DNA from: Methanobacteriota archaeon
GTDB lineage: Archaea > Halobacteriota > Bog-38 > Methanoflorentales > Methanoflorentaceae
Assembly: GCA_963701995.1 (NCBI GenBank)
Contig: OY969693.1
Location: 1,793,512-1,857,511 of the forward strand
DNA length: 64,000 nucleotides
Reading direction: 5' to 3'
Shown here: in pieces, positions 28,367 to 38,885 of the stretch
Layout: every line of letters starts with the position of its first letter
Position numbering within the stretch: the first letter of the stretch is position 1
The notes under the pieces: model-generated
What the model was told of the DNA's origin: nothing
The model's input: the letters and a program-made list of their open reading frames with translations, nothing else
Databases searched by the model: none
Program-made: the position numbers and the translations under genes

Positions 28367-29266
28367 TTGCATACGTACCTCGGCTTAAAACAAACAGAGA
28401 CTGTGCTTATAGTCACCGACACGCTGAGGCTTAGAATTGCCAAATCGTTGTATGATACAGCGCGTGAAATGGACTGCGACGCTATAATGATGACGATGCC
28501 GCCTCGCTCCCGTCACGGAGAAGAGCCCCCCCGAGCAGTGGCAGAAGCGATGCGAAGCGTTGACGTTGTCATCGCCCCGACGACGATGTCATTGACGCAC
28601 ACGAGCGCGCGAAAGCAGGCAAACGATGCCGGTGTGCGAACTGCGAGCATGCCTGGCGTCACTGAGCAAATGATGATTGAAGGCGGTTTGACCGCGAATC
28701 CCCGAGAGGTGATGGAACACACCCGCCGCCTCGCCGAAACATTCAAGGGCGCGTCGGAGATCCGACTTACGTCAGAGCTCGGAACTGACATCTCGTTTGA
28801 AGTCGATACGTCGAAATGGAACCTCGATGTGGGGTGCTGTCGACAGAAAGGTTGCAGCACAAATCTGCCCGCAGGGGAGGTCTATACGGCTCCTGAAAAC
28901 TGCAAAGGCACCGTCGTGATCGATGGCTCCATGGCCGGGCTCGAACTTTTGAAAAATCCGCTAAAGATTCGAGTCGAAGAAGGAGTCGCCGTCGACGTCC
29001 AAGGCGACCGTGCGAAGGAAGTGCTCAAGATCATTAACCCACTCGGAGACGAAGCACGAAATATCGCAGAACTCGGAATCGGAACAAATCCGCGCGCGCG
29101 CATAATCGGCGTTGTTTTGGAAGATGAGAAGGTGCGAGGCACCGCGCACATCGCGTTGGGCGACAACAGCACGATTGGAGGAAACGTCGTTGCCGGCGTG
29201 CACCTCGATGCGATAATTCGCAAACCGCGAGTTTTTGCCGACGGGCACGAGATTGACCTGGTGTAA
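28367..29266 (+). CDS. aminopeptidase, M29 (aminopeptidase T/PepS)-like, short form
   Basis: Motifs ELGIGTNP…GTAHIALGDN…VHLD resemble M29-family metallo-aminopeptidases. The assignment rests on motif recall only. Confidence 0.45.
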   Translation: MHTYLGLKQTETVLIVTDTLRLRIAKSLYDTAREMDCDAIMMTMPPRSRHGEEPPRAVAEAMRSVDVVIAPTTMSLTHTSARKQANDAGVRTASMPGVTEQMMIEGGLTANPREVMEHTRRLAETFKGASEIRLTSELGTDISFEVDTSKWNLDVGCCRQKGCSTNLPAGEVYTAPENCKGTVVIDGSMAGLELLKNPLKIRVEEGVAVDVQGDRAKEVLKIINPLGDEARNIAELGIGTNPRARIIGVVLEDEKVRGTAHIALGDNSTIGGNVVAGVHLDAIIRKPRVFADGHEIDLV

Positions 29267-29433
29267 CTCAGCAATTCCTTATGGAAGGATCAAGAGCGCA
29301 CACAAGGTTCGCTGCCTCATCTGAAGCAAGACAGTTTCGATCCTTTTTTCAACAAAATAGGCGTGATGCGCAGCATTTGACCGTTGAACGCGTATTGTAG
29401 CGCTAAGAGGCTTTGAGGCCCTTAGCAAGAGCG

Positions 29434-29853
29434 CTATTTGGTCGCCATTTCTGATCCTTGTTGCTGGCACGATTCGAGATCGGCTTTGGTCGGTTTGCCT
29501 TTCACCCTAATCGGCGGGAGGAGGACAGTCGCGCCTCTGGAGCGGAAGAAGTCTATGGTTTGGTCTATCGCTTCACCGAGTTCCTCGTAGGAACCTAACA
29601 CGTAAGCTGTCTTGTCGCCAAAATCGAAACTATCATAATTTTTCATAAAGTAACGCACGTTCGAGGGCGGTTTTTGATGGTACGTAGGTGTGGCGACAAC
29701 GACCACGTCTGCGCTCTTGACATCGAAAGGCTTTATTTGTCGTATGTTTCTGATCAGTGTCTCGGCTCCTGCTTCTCGTGCACCGCGCTCCAATGCATAC
29801 GCCATTGTTCGCGTGTTGCCATGGTAACTCTCGTATCCTATGACAATTTTCAT
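29434..29853 (-). CDS. flavodoxin-like protein
   Basis: MKIVIGYESYHGNTRTMA…VVVATPTYH flavodoxin signature; 139 aa. Confidence 0.7.
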   Translation of the reverse strand: MKIVIGYESYHGNTRTMAYALERGAREAGAETLIRNIRQIKPFDVKSADVVVVATPTYHQKPPSNVRYFMKNYDSFDFGDKTAYVLGSYEELGEAIDQTIDFFRSRGATVLLPPIRVKGKPTKADLESCQQQGSEMATK

Positions 29854-29964
29854 GGTTTTTACTATCCTTCTATCAACATAAACCTTTCAGCATCGGACGA
29901 AATCGATTTTCTAGCTTCTTTTCTGAGTTTTTCTCCGAAGGCGACGTAGTCTCACGCGGCAAAC

Positions 29965-29973
29965 GATATATAC
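29965..29973 (+). promoter_or_regulatory. TATA-like element (gatatatac) upstream of fae
   Basis: Located ~40 nt upstream of the fae ATG in a divergent intergenic region. Confidence 0.35.
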
Positions 29974-30008
29974 GGGCACCGAAACTAGGTCAGTACGAGG
30001 CACAAAAA

Positions 30009-30527
30009 ATGGAGAGCGAAGTCTCGAGAAAGGAACTAGGTACACGAACTGGCGAGGCCTTGGTTGGCGAGATGCCGGAACTTGCACATATTGACATCGC
30101 AATCGGTCAAAAAGGAGGCGCTTTTGAGACGGCTTTCCTCACAGGTCTCGCGACGCCGCGAATGGGCCATACTGCGCTGTTAGCAATATTGGCCCCAAAC
30201 TATGCCGTCAAGCCGACCACGCTTATGGTAAACAAGGTTTCGATTAAGGGCGAAGCGCAAGCTGAGCTTATGTTCGGGCCTGTCCAAGCCGCGATAGCAA
30301 AAGCAGTCCTCGACAGTGTTCAAGAAAACGTAATTCCCGCCTCTATGGTACATGAACTGATGATAATCGCATCAGTCTATATTCACGGCAGCGCCAAAGA
30401 CAAGAAAAAACTATATGAATATAACTACCAGGCGACAAAAAGCGCAATCAGCAACGCAATGAAGGATTTGCCGACGATAAACGAGCTATTATCCAAGAAG
30501 GACACCATTGTGCACCCCCTGATGTAG
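30009..30527 (+). CDS. fae: formaldehyde-activating enzyme Fae (5,6,7,8-tetrahydromethanopterin hydro-lyase)
   Basis: End-to-end resemblance to Fae: GEALVG…AHID…IGQKGG…ETAF, LLAILAPN, KPTTLMVNKV(S/T)IKG, MFGPVQAAIAKAV and KKLYEYNYQATK; 172 aa. Confidence 0.85.
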   Translation: MESEVSRKELGTRTGEALVGEMPELAHIDIAIGQKGGAFETAFLTGLATPRMGHTALLAILAPNYAVKPTTLMVNKVSIKGEAQAELMFGPVQAAIAKAVLDSVQENVIPASMVHELMIIASVYIHGSAKDKKKLYEYNYQATKSAISNAMKDLPTINELLSKKDTIVHPLM

Positions 30528-30542
30528 GAAACAGCAGCACTT

Positions 30543-30884
30543 TTACGGAAACAGCGTGATACCCTCCTCTTCAATTAACTCTTGATACGCTGGCTCTATC
30601 TCTCCTTCCCACTTTAGCACGACGTGCAGTTCGCGCTGAGGCTCAAGTTCTGTTATTATTCGATAAACCTCAGCGTAAAACTGCGGATGATCGAAATCAC
30701 TGGAAAAGAGCATCACTATATCGATGTCATAGACTTCAGGAAAAATACCTTTTGCAACTGAACCGTAGAGAACGATCGATTTGAGATTTGTTGGCGCCCA
30801 CGCTTGCACTGCGCTCACAAAATTACTGATCAGATCTCGATCAGGCGCGGGTATATCCAGAAAGCCAAAGTCGTGTTCGTTCAT
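30543..30884 (-). CDS. minimal nucleotidyltransferase (MNT) domain protein
   Basis: LYGSVAKG…YDIDIV (GS…DxD) polymerase-beta-like nucleotidyltransferase motif; 113 aa. No adjacent HEPN partner. Confidence 0.65.
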   Translation of the reverse strand: MNEHDFGFLDIPAPDRDLISNFVSAVQAWAPTNLKSIVLYGSVAKGIFPEVYDIDIVMLFSSDFDHPQFYAEVYRIITELEPQRELHVVLKWEGEIEPAYQELIEEEGITLFP

Positions 30885-31131
30885 TTATAGCCCTCGAAAG
30901 TTTGCACGTGGCTATCGCGGCGTCCTTTGCTTGCTCGGCGATTAACTAACGTGTTCTAACACCATTCAGTTTGTCCTTTTTGTATCCTTCTCACGGGTTC
31001 AATTCGGCACTCGTGGCGGTCTCGGCAGGCCAAAGTAGTTTCTCGAGACACTGACGTAAATATGTGCTGGGTCTGGGGGATTGTCAAGAGAGATGCGTAT
31101 GAAGAGAAAAAGTAACGGAGATCTCACTTTG

Positions 31132-31542
31132 TTAATTCAAGGTCTCGAATACACCGAAGCTCGCAAATGTGAGTTCGCAGCTCAGTATCGTTCGTTCGCT
31201 GCTTGGTTTTAGCACGAGATGCAATCTAAACTGTTCGGCAATCGAACGGTCTTGGATATAGGCGTCTCCTCGCACATTTCCAACATGAATGAATCCAACG
31301 GTTTTGCTAACAACAAAGGCTTCAGCGAGTTGGGGGGTTTCGAACGTTTTAGCAAATCCTGTTGCCCTAAAGGTCAAGACAGGCAAGGAGCTGTCTTCGC
31401 AGCCAACAATGCTTATTTGCGCAATGTGCTCGCTTACACGTTTTTCCTGCCAGTGGAAGATAACAATGTTATCATTGATTATCCGCTTGAGCATGTCCTG
31501 GCAGTCCGTTTTCCCGGTTCCAAGAGCTGATTCATTTGACAT
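31132..31542 (-). CDS. hypothetical protein
   Basis: 136-aa ORF, no recognisable motif; no HEPN Rx4-6H motif. Confidence 0.35.
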   Translation of the reverse strand: MSNESALGTGKTDCQDMLKRIINDNIVIFHWQEKRVSEHIAQISIVGCEDSSLPVLTFRATGFAKTFETPQLAEAFVVSKTVGFIHVGNVRGDAYIQDRSIAEQFRLHLVLKPSSERTILSCELTFASFGVFETLN

Positions 31543-31752
31543 AAACGCCGTTGTCGGTTAAACCCCGCATATCCTAGTCGGCGGGCCAGTTTTTGTGGAT
31601 GGTCTTGTTCAGTGTCTTACTTATAAATTACTCACACATTTTTTTTGTATTTCCAGCTTACGACAATGTGGTTGCAGAGGCCGCCACCAGAAAAGGGTCT
31701 TTTAAGAGCAAAGCAATCAAAGATGGCTATAGGCTAGTCGTTAACTGATCCA

Positions 31753-32367
31753 CTAGGGACGCTTTTCGCGTCTTTCGACCGCCATATCTTTGAGCAAAAA
31801 AGCGTCGTAATTTCTTGTGTCGAGGGCGAGAGTTTGGTCAAAACATTCAATGGCTAAATCAAGATCGCCTAAGCCGAGGTAAAAACATCCAAGGTTATTC
31901 CAGGCCATAGTGTAGGTGGGATCAATTTCTATGGCTTTTTTGAGGTCTTGCATCCCTTCGGTATCAAAACCGAGGTTGAATTCTGATAAAGCCCGCGCGT
32001 TAAGCGCTTCCTTGTTCGTCGGGGCAAGTCGTACAAGCTCATCCAACAGACTTTTGGCCTCTTGGAAGTTTCTGTTGCTGTTTAACGATATCGCTTTATT
32101 GAGCTTCACGCGAGACGCATTTGGCTGGATCTCAAGCGCTTTGTCATAGCACTCGATTGATTTCTCGAACTTGCCAAGGGCGAACAATGCCAAGCCTTTG
32201 TTGTGCAGCGCTCTGAAATTGTTGGGCGCTCGCTTAAGCACCGCGTCATAGTGACGGACAGCGTCGCCGAACTGGCCGTGCTTGAACTTATCATCTGCCT
32301 GGTCAGTGAGGTAAGTGACATCTTCATTACGCAGCAGTCTGCCTTTTTTTGTCTGACTTCTGAACAT
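31753..32367 (-). CDS. tetratricopeptide repeat (TPR) protein
   Basis: About five TPR units (…ALHNKGLALFALGKFEKSIECYDKALEIQPN…). Confidence 0.75.
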   Translation of the reverse strand: MFRSQTKKGRLLRNEDVTYLTDQADDKFKHGQFGDAVRHYDAVLKRAPNNFRALHNKGLALFALGKFEKSIECYDKALEIQPNASRVKLNKAISLNSNRNFQEAKSLLDELVRLAPTNKEALNARALSEFNLGFDTEGMQDLKKAIEIDPTYTMAWNNLGCFYLGLGDLDLAIECFDQTLALDTRNYDAFLLKDMAVERREKRP

Positions 32368-32624
32368 CGAACCCCGCGGTCGTCGGACGCAGCGGCGTCA
32401 CCCAACATCATCTTCTGCGGCAGGCAATATATAAGGGACGCCCGTAGGCGCACCCTTTAAATACTTCACGATGCTCTAAAATATGTGTTCGCGCTGTCAG
32501 TTGGCACCTCGAGGCCCCATCAAGCGAACGTGCCTGAAAAGATCTAGTCACTGCATTAAGCGACCTGCGAGGGGAGATTCACACGAACTTTGGATGGTTT
32601 AGAGAAAAGCACGCGGAAAGGGCC

Positions 32625-34925
32625 GTGATGCTTCTTGTTATCTTCATCGTTGCTCTCTATTTGCGAATTATACTTCCGTGGACGAGTTCCATCCAAGGTG
32701 GCAGCATTATCATCAACGATTTTGATCCGTACTATCACCTTCGGATAATCGAGAACACGATACAGCATTTTCCGTACGTGCTTGCCTACGATCCGTATGT
32801 CAACTATCCAACCGGATTTTGGATCGGCTGGCCACCACTCTACGATTTTCTCGCTTCAGCGTATACACTGGCGGCGATGGCGCTGTTTCACGTCGACTTC
32901 CAAGTTGGCGTCGCGACGTTCCCTGCGCTCTTGGGAGCTCTCGCGATCTTGCCTATATATTACATAACAAAGCTTGTCTTTGACTGGAAGGCGGGCATCG
33001 TCGCAGCCGCACTTCTTACGGTCATCCCGGCGAATATCTTGCGTTCGATGGTAGGTAATATCAATCACCACGTCGCAGCGGAAGTGCTTTTTCCGGCGCT
33101 CTTATTCCTGTTCTTGATGCTCGCGCTGAAGGGTGAACTGACGTTTGGCCAGGTTCGGCGCTTCGCGTTCACTGGAGACAAGCGGACCTTGCTTTACGCA
33201 GCACTCGCCGGCGTTTTTGTAACCGCCCTTTTGCTGACGTGGCTCGGCGCGTTCTTGTTCCTCGGCATTATCGGGGCGTTTGCCATTGTGCAGTATAGCG
33301 TATACCACGTGAAACGGCTGTCGTCCGATAATCTCACGATTATCTTATCAACGATGCTTTTCGTATCGCTGATTACGCTGCTTCCCGTGAGTCTCACAAG
33401 CCATTTTGGACTGACAATAGACACCCTACACCTTTCTCTGTTCCAACCGCTATTTTTAGTGGTGCTAATAGTCATTTTTGCGGTCTTCGGATTCCTCGCG
33501 TATTACATGCGAGGCATGCGCCGGGCAGCTTACCCGCTGACGATCTGCGCCCTCGTGGTCGCCGCGAGTGTTGGCTTCTATCTATGGAACCCGAACCTCG
33601 CTGTAACTGTGTTCGGCGGGTATGGGTTCTTCACGCAAAGCGGCGTCTTACAGACCGTAGCCGAGGCGCAACCGCTGTTCGGCGGCGCTGGAGGATTCCA
33701 GCTCGGCACGGCCGCTGAGTACTTCCAGGCTCTGCTGTTCGTTGGTCTCGCCGGTCTCGCCGTGCTCGCATATCGGTTGTGGAAGAAACAGGACGAGGCT
33801 GCCCTATTGCTGGCTGTATGGAGCGTTTTTGCCTTTGCACTTGCCGTCGAGCAAACACGTTTTACGTTTCTGTTGTCTGCCAACGTCGCGATCCTTTCCG
33901 GGTTCGCGATAGTGTGGATTATGGACACGCTTATTGGCAAATCCTATGGCAAGTTGTCGGGCGTACGCGACGCTGGGGCGGTGCCCCAACTCTTTGGGCG
34001 TGAAGTAAAATACACGCAACTTCTCGGAGTCCTTATTGTCGTGGCCGTTTTGCTCTTGCCAAGCATTAGCGTGACCACGTCGTACGCGAGGACCGGCTCT
34101 GGCGTTATCTCACCCGACTGGGCAGAATCAGTTCAGTGGATGAGTGCTAACACGCCAGCAACTTCAAACTATAATGTTACCTCGGACCAGATACCGCAAT
34201 ACGGGGTGCTTAGTTGGTGGGATTACGGGAACTGGATCATCTTCCTGGGCCATAGGCCGGCGGTCGCGAACAACTTCCAAACAGGCGTCAACGACTCCGC
34301 GACTTTTTTCGTAAGCCAGAATGAATCAGACACCTTAGGCATCATCCAGAAAGACAATGTCAAGTATGTGATGACCGATTACGAAATGGCGGGCTACCAA
34401 GACAAGTTCCCAGCAATTGCCCTTCTATCAGGACAAGGAGTCGATACGTTCCTCACGACGCAGGCTCAGTATAACCAAAATGGTACGTTGACTCAGCAGA
34501 CCGTGCCAACCTCCGCGTATTATAACACGACGGTCGTCAGATTGCAGTACCAGGATGGCAATGGATACAGCCACTATCGCTTGATTCACGAATCGCCAAG
34601 AACTGTGGGCACGCTCGGCGCAACTGATATAAAGGCTGTTAAGACCTTTGAATACGTTAAAGGTGCAAGAATTGCTGTTCACGGCAATGGAAACGCTACG
34701 CTCTCTCTTAACGTCACCACAAATCAAAACCGGACGTTCAACTACACGCAGAGTGCTCGACTGAACGGCACCCACGTGTTTGTGGTACCGTATGCGACGA
34801 CCGGGATGCCGTATAGAATCAAAACTGACCCTGCTTACAAGGTGACGGTCGGCAACGTCACGAAGGAAATCGCGGTGAGTGAGAGCGATGTTCAAAACGG
34901 GACTGAGCTTAATCTCAGTTTTTAG
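32625..34925 (+). CDS. aglB: dolichyl-(mono/di)phosphooligosaccharide-protein glycosyltransferase AglB (STT3 family)
   Basis: Multi-TM N-terminal domain and the catalytic WWDYGNWI motif, plus a periplasmic C-terminal domain; 766 aa. Confidence 0.85.
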   Translation: MMLLVIFIVALYLRIILPWTSSIQGGSIIINDFDPYYHLRIIENTIQHFPYVLAYDPYVNYPTGFWIGWPPLYDFLASAYTLAAMALFHVDFQVGVATFPALLGALAILPIYYITKLVFDWKAGIVAAALLTVIPANILRSMVGNINHHVAAEVLFPALLFLFLMLALKGELTFGQVRRFAFTGDKRTLLYAALAGVFVTALLLTWLGAFLFLGIIGAFAIVQYSVYHVKRLSSDNLTIILSTMLFVSLITLLPVSLTSHFGLTIDTLHLSLFQPLFLVVLIVIFAVFGFLAYYMRGMRRAAYPLTICALVVAASVGFYLWNPNLAVTVFGGYGFFTQSGVLQTVAEAQPLFGGAGGFQLGTAAEYFQALLFVGLAGLAVLAYRLWKKQDEAALLLAVWSVFAFALAVEQTRFTFLLSANVAILSGFAIVWIMDTLIGKSYGKLSGVRDAGAVPQLFGREVKYTQLLGVLIVVAVLLLPSISVTTSYARTGSGVISPDWAESVQWMSANTPATSNYNVTSDQIPQYGVLSWWDYGNWIIFLGHRPAVANNFQTGVNDSATFFVSQNESDTLGIIQKDNVKYVMTDYEMAGYQDKFPAIALLSGQGVDTFLTTQAQYNQNGTLTQQTVPTSAYYNTTVVRLQYQDGNGYSHYRLIHESPRTVGTLGATDIKAVKTFEYVKGARIAVHGNGNATLSLNVTTNQNRTFNYTQSARLNGTHVFVVPYATTGMPYRIKTDPAYKVTVGNVTKEIAVSESDVQNGTELNLSF

Positions 34926-35034
34926 AGCGATCAAATTCGGTGCCGAGCCGTCTCCAGAAGCAGTTCGTAGGCGCAGGATCCACACGTTTGGGGTGGACTT
35001 GGCCCGTTCCTGTTAGCAATAATTCGACTGGAGC

Positions 35035-37938
35035 TTACTCAACATAGCGAATGGCCTCTGCGGGCAGTGTTCGCGACACATTTCTTGCAGGGATTGCAGT
35101 GCAGATGGCGATGGCCAGATAGACGATTAGAAGCACTAGGATGACCTGCACGATGGGAATCGTGAACGGCACCTTCACGGTTTGGTTCAAGTTAGTGTAT
35201 ATGGCGTAAGAAACGACCAATCCGGTCGAGAGGCCTAATGCTGCTGCCAACGTGGTCGCAAAGGTCGCTTCGAACAGGAGCGACTTTACGATGAGGCTGC
35301 GGTTGAAACCTATCGCGCGCATAATGCCTATCTCTTGACGCCGCTCCATAGTTGATCGCACAGTCACGACCCCTACGCTAGCGATGCCAACGATAAGCCC
35401 GAGGCCGAGGTAGGTCGCGGTGAGCTGAAAGAGTTGTTGGCTCTGCGTCATCATCTGCGAAACCTCGTCGCTAATGAGAAATGCGTTGATGCCAGCAGTT
35501 TTGTAACCTTTTTTGAGGTCGTAGCTAAGATCGATAGGTTTCATCCCGCTCGCTGATTTTATGAGAAACAGCGTATCGCCTTTTATCTCCGGAAAATAGT
35601 GCTGCATTTGTTGCTTGCTCATAAAAATGCCGTGCAGATAGAATTCATCGAGGACGCCGGCAACCAAAAAGCGGGCAGTGCCGTTACCCGCGTTAAAAGA
35701 GATGACGTCGCCTGCTGTGACTTGGGTGCCGTTGCGGCCATACAAATAGCTTGAGTCTACGATAACGTAGTTAGGGTTGTTTAGCAGATTCCAGGTTTCC
35801 GACGAGTTCGCGCCCGCAAGAGAGTCCGCGAAGTTGTACTGCGCATGGTCAGAAAAATTTGTGTCTACGCCATAAACGTTTGTATCAGGTCCTTGCTGAT
35901 AAAGCGCTTGACCATTTATGCTCGCTCCTGTTGCATTTGCAACAAAGAGGCCATCGTAGAAGTCTACATCCGATGCGTTCAAGAGCGCCACAGGTTTTGC
36001 GGGTGGTTCGGACGCAGGCGACTGGACCTCGAGGGTTGTCAAGTTTGACAACGGCGTGCTTGATGTCGCACGAATGTCGTATCCGCCGGATTGCTTGCTG
36101 ATATCTGGTTGATAGACGGCTGCAGTAACGAGCGCAACGATCATTAGAAAAATAACGAGAGTTAATATCGTAACCGTCGTTCCCAACGTCTCCCTTTTTT
36201 GGAGGCAGTACGCCGACGATGGTTTAATCAGAGCTGGACTGGCTTTAAGCCTTGTCAGCGGCACAGAGAATAGCTTTAGCAATGAGGTCGCGTTGACGAG
36301 AACTACGAGAACTGCGCCTAGCACTAAGAGAAGGCAGCTCACGGTGAAACTAACAGTTGCGACGAGATTGCTGAAGCCGGAGGTGCTGAGGATCACGCCT
36401 GCGTTGTAGAGCACTAGGGCTGCTCCCGCTAACGTGAGTATTTGCTGTCGTTTCACCACTCTTAGGGCGACGAGGGCAAAGCCAAAGATGATGAGTGTGG
36501 GTGCAAGGAGATGCGCTGCTAGACTTCGAGGTGAAACGCCGTACGCGGCAAGCCCGAAAACTAGTAGACCAACGCCGAGAGTAGGCGCCCCCCGGGGTAG
36601 GCGCGGCGCCCTTTCTGAATTTTCGGCATTTCGTATCGCGCGGACGATATTCAACCTGCTGATTCTGTAAGAAGCGAACGCGATCGTTGCGACCGTAACA
36701 AGTAGACCTATGAGAAATGCTGTCAAGAGGTCCGCGAGATCATAATGCAGAACAAGGGACGCTCCTGCGGGGCTTGCCGCTGTAGTGGCCGCATTGAGCG
36801 TATTTATAAGGCCAGCGCCGATTCCGATCCCCAGTATTGACCCGATGGTTGCAGCCAGTAGGGCACAGGTTACTCCTTCAAAAAGAAAGAGGAGTATGAC
36901 GTGCCTGCGTTTCATTCCAAAAGCGCGGGCCAATCCGAGCTCACTTTTACGCTGTTCAGAAAGCGTCACAAAAACGTTGACAATCAGCATCGCGCTTGTT
37001 ATGATTGAAAACGTTCCTAGCGCGACGAGCAAGTCTAAAAACTGGGCGCCGCGCGCCTCTGCAGCGGCCAGCATGTTTTGTTTGATGGGATTGATGTCGA
37101 ATCGTTGCGACGCACCTGGCAGAGCTTGCGTGAGAAGCGCTGATACATTACCAGATTTAGCCGCTCCTGCTTCAGCATCGCCCAGGTTCGAGACCCTAAT
37201 CTCATTGATTTGGCCGCCGTGTTGAAAAACAGCTTGCGCAGCACTGAGTTGCATAAAGATATTTTCATTCAACTCGTATTGCGCCTTGCCTTCGTTTTTT
37301 GCGATGTACTTGATCGTGAACGTGTAAGCCTTTACCGAAGACGTGTTCTCGCCGTAATAAACAGCAAGCCTATCGCCGATATGTGCATCTAAATCTCGGG
37401 CGAGCTTGTCGTTGATTAGGACTTGACTGCCCGTCAAATCGCTCGCATTGGTGTGTGTGTCGTTCAGTAGAACAAAATCGCCAAAGGGGGCGTCTAGCGT
37501 GAAGTTTAGACCGACGAGCGTGACTCCGGTTGATGTGATGCCACTTGTAACATCGTCCACAGACGGGACCCCTCCGTAGAGGCTGGGGGAGATGCCGTCT
37601 GTGTTGTTGGTTATCGCTGAATCAGCTGCAACGTGCTGATATACTGAATAGTTGAATGGTTGGCCATTCGCAGCAATGGTTTCATCAATGTTGCCAAGTG
37701 AATCGTACGTTGCCTTGACGACAGAATAACTAAGGGAGCTACTTGCGACGAGCGACCCTGAGATAATTGCTGTGCTCACCAGGAGCGCTCCGACGATAAT
37801 GGCGGCGCTTTTCGGGCGTCGCACAATGTTTCGTACGCCCATTGTGAAAATTGACTTGTTTGTAACTGCAAGCGCAGCAAAAAGCAAAATTACGATAACG
37901 GCGCAGCCGAGAAGTGCTGAGTACATCGCTGAGTACAT
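35035..37938 (-). CDS. ABC transporter permease, duplicated FtsX/MacB-like with large extracytoplasmic domains
   Basis: 967 aa with two FtsX-type 4-TM modules, partnered with the downstream ATPase. The N-terminus carries a tandem 12-nt duplication (MYSAMYSA). Confidence 0.7.
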   Translation of the reverse strand: MYSAMYSALLGCAVIVILLFAALAVTNKSIFTMGVRNIVRRPKSAAIIVGALLVSTAIISGSLVASSSLSYSVVKATYDSLGNIDETIAANGQPFNYSVYQHVAADSAITNNTDGISPSLYGGVPSVDDVTSGITSTGVTLVGLNFTLDAPFGDFVLLNDTHTNASDLTGSQVLINDKLARDLDAHIGDRLAVYYGENTSSVKAYTFTIKYIAKNEGKAQYELNENIFMQLSAAQAVFQHGGQINEIRVSNLGDAEAGAAKSGNVSALLTQALPGASQRFDINPIKQNMLAAAEARGAQFLDLLVALGTFSIITSAMLIVNVFVTLSEQRKSELGLARAFGMKRRHVILLFLFEGVTCALLAATIGSILGIGIGAGLINTLNAATTAASPAGASLVLHYDLADLLTAFLIGLLVTVATIAFASYRISRLNIVRAIRNAENSERAPRLPRGAPTLGVGLLVFGLAAYGVSPRSLAAHLLAPTLIIFGFALVALRVVKRQQILTLAGAALVLYNAGVILSTSGFSNLVATVSFTVSCLLLVLGAVLVVLVNATSLLKLFSVPLTRLKASPALIKPSSAYCLQKRETLGTTVTILTLVIFLMIVALVTAAVYQPDISKQSGGYDIRATSSTPLSNLTTLEVQSPASEPPAKPVALLNASDVDFYDGLFVANATGASINGQALYQQGPDTNVYGVDTNFSDHAQYNFADSLAGANSSETWNLLNNPNYVIVDSSYLYGRNGTQVTAGDVISFNAGNGTARFLVAGVLDEFYLHGIFMSKQQMQHYFPEIKGDTLFLIKSASGMKPIDLSYDLKKGYKTAGINAFLISDEVSQMMTQSQQLFQLTATYLGLGLIVGIASVGVVTVRSTMERRQEIGIMRAIGFNRSLIVKSLLFEATFATTLAAALGLSTGLVVSYAIYTNLNQTVKVPFTIPIVQVILVLLIVYLAIAICTAIPARNVSRTLPAEAIRYVE

Positions 37939-37966
37939 TTACATTCCTCAATCTGCGCACTCGGCG

Positions 37967-38659
37967 TCAGACAATGGGCGCAGCTGATTCTGAGAGTATA
38001 GCCCCGTCTTTCATGCTGATCAGTCGATCCGCGGTCTTTGCAACAGACGGATCGTGTGTGACGATAACAAATGTTTGCCGGTTAGCCTTATTCAGCGTTT
38101 TTAGAAGCGCTGTGATCTGGTCTGCACCTGCTGAGTCTAAGTTTCCTGTCGGCTCATCTGCCCAGATGATTGCTGGCCTGCTTATGAGCGCCCGGGCGAT
38201 CGCCACTCGCTGTTGTTGTCCTCCGCTGAGCTCCAACGGCTTGTGATGTGCCCACTCTTCGAGATCGACGCGCGATAGCATGCTTAAGGCCCGCAAACGC
38301 GCATCTTTCTCATTAATGCCAGCTACAAGCAGCGGCAGCTCAACATTCTCTAGAGCAGTCAAGACGGGAAGCAGATTGAACGATTGAAAGACAAATCCCA
38401 TCCTGGTTGCGCGATATTCCGACAGTTCGTTGTCGTTCATTTGCGAGAGCGGGATCCCTTCGATTTTGACTATTCCCGACGTTGGTGCGTCGAGCCCTGA
38501 GAGACAGTTAAGGAGAGTGGTCTTGCCGCAGCCGCTTGGGCCCATAATTACCACCATATCCCCTTTTTCGATTTGCAGGTTCACATCTCTGAGCGCGTGG
38601 ACTTTCACGCCATTCAACTCGTATATCTTGTGCACGCGGTGCGCTTCTACCATCAACAT
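37967..38659 (-). CDS. ABC transporter ATP-binding protein (LolD/MacB-type)
   Basis: Walker A GPSGCGKTT, signature LSGGQQQRVAIARAL and Walker B IIWADEPT. Start trimmed to MLMVEAH; the track ORF extends to 38767. Confidence 0.8.
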   Translation of the reverse strand: MLMVEAHRVHKIYELNGVKVHALRDVNLQIEKGDMVVIMGPSGCGKTTLLNCLSGLDAPTSGIVKIEGIPLSQMNDNELSEYRATRMGFVFQSFNLLPVLTALENVELPLLVAGINEKDARLRALSMLSRVDLEEWAHHKPLELSGGQQQRVAIARALISRPAIIWADEPTGNLDSAGADQITALLKTLNKANRQTFVIVTHDPSVAKTADRLISMKDGAILSESAAPIV

Positions 38660-38885
38660 GTTACGCTCTGTTATGTTCACTGGCCACGTTTTGAATGGTG
38701 CAGCCGAGGTTTGGACACGAACGCGCCCTACCGCGTCGTGTGCGCTCAACGCGCTTGCGCGATCCAATTCGTACTTAATTGAACGAACGCTTTATTTAGA
38801 GCTACCGGCAAGCGGCTGAAACGTATAAATATAATCGAATTATACCCGAAGTACGTGTCGGCTAGAAACTACACAAGGTTACAAG

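Noticed and set aside
31578-31750. ~50-codon + strand ORF (…AYDNVVAEAATRKGSFKSKAIKDGYRLVVN) between 31132-31542 and the TPR gene
   Set aside because: No supporting signals, and I could not verify its frame precisely by hand. Too weak to call.
33102-34019. Several short ORFs inside aglB on either strand
   Set aside because: They are embedded in a gene with unambiguous STT3 homology and have low-complexity translations.
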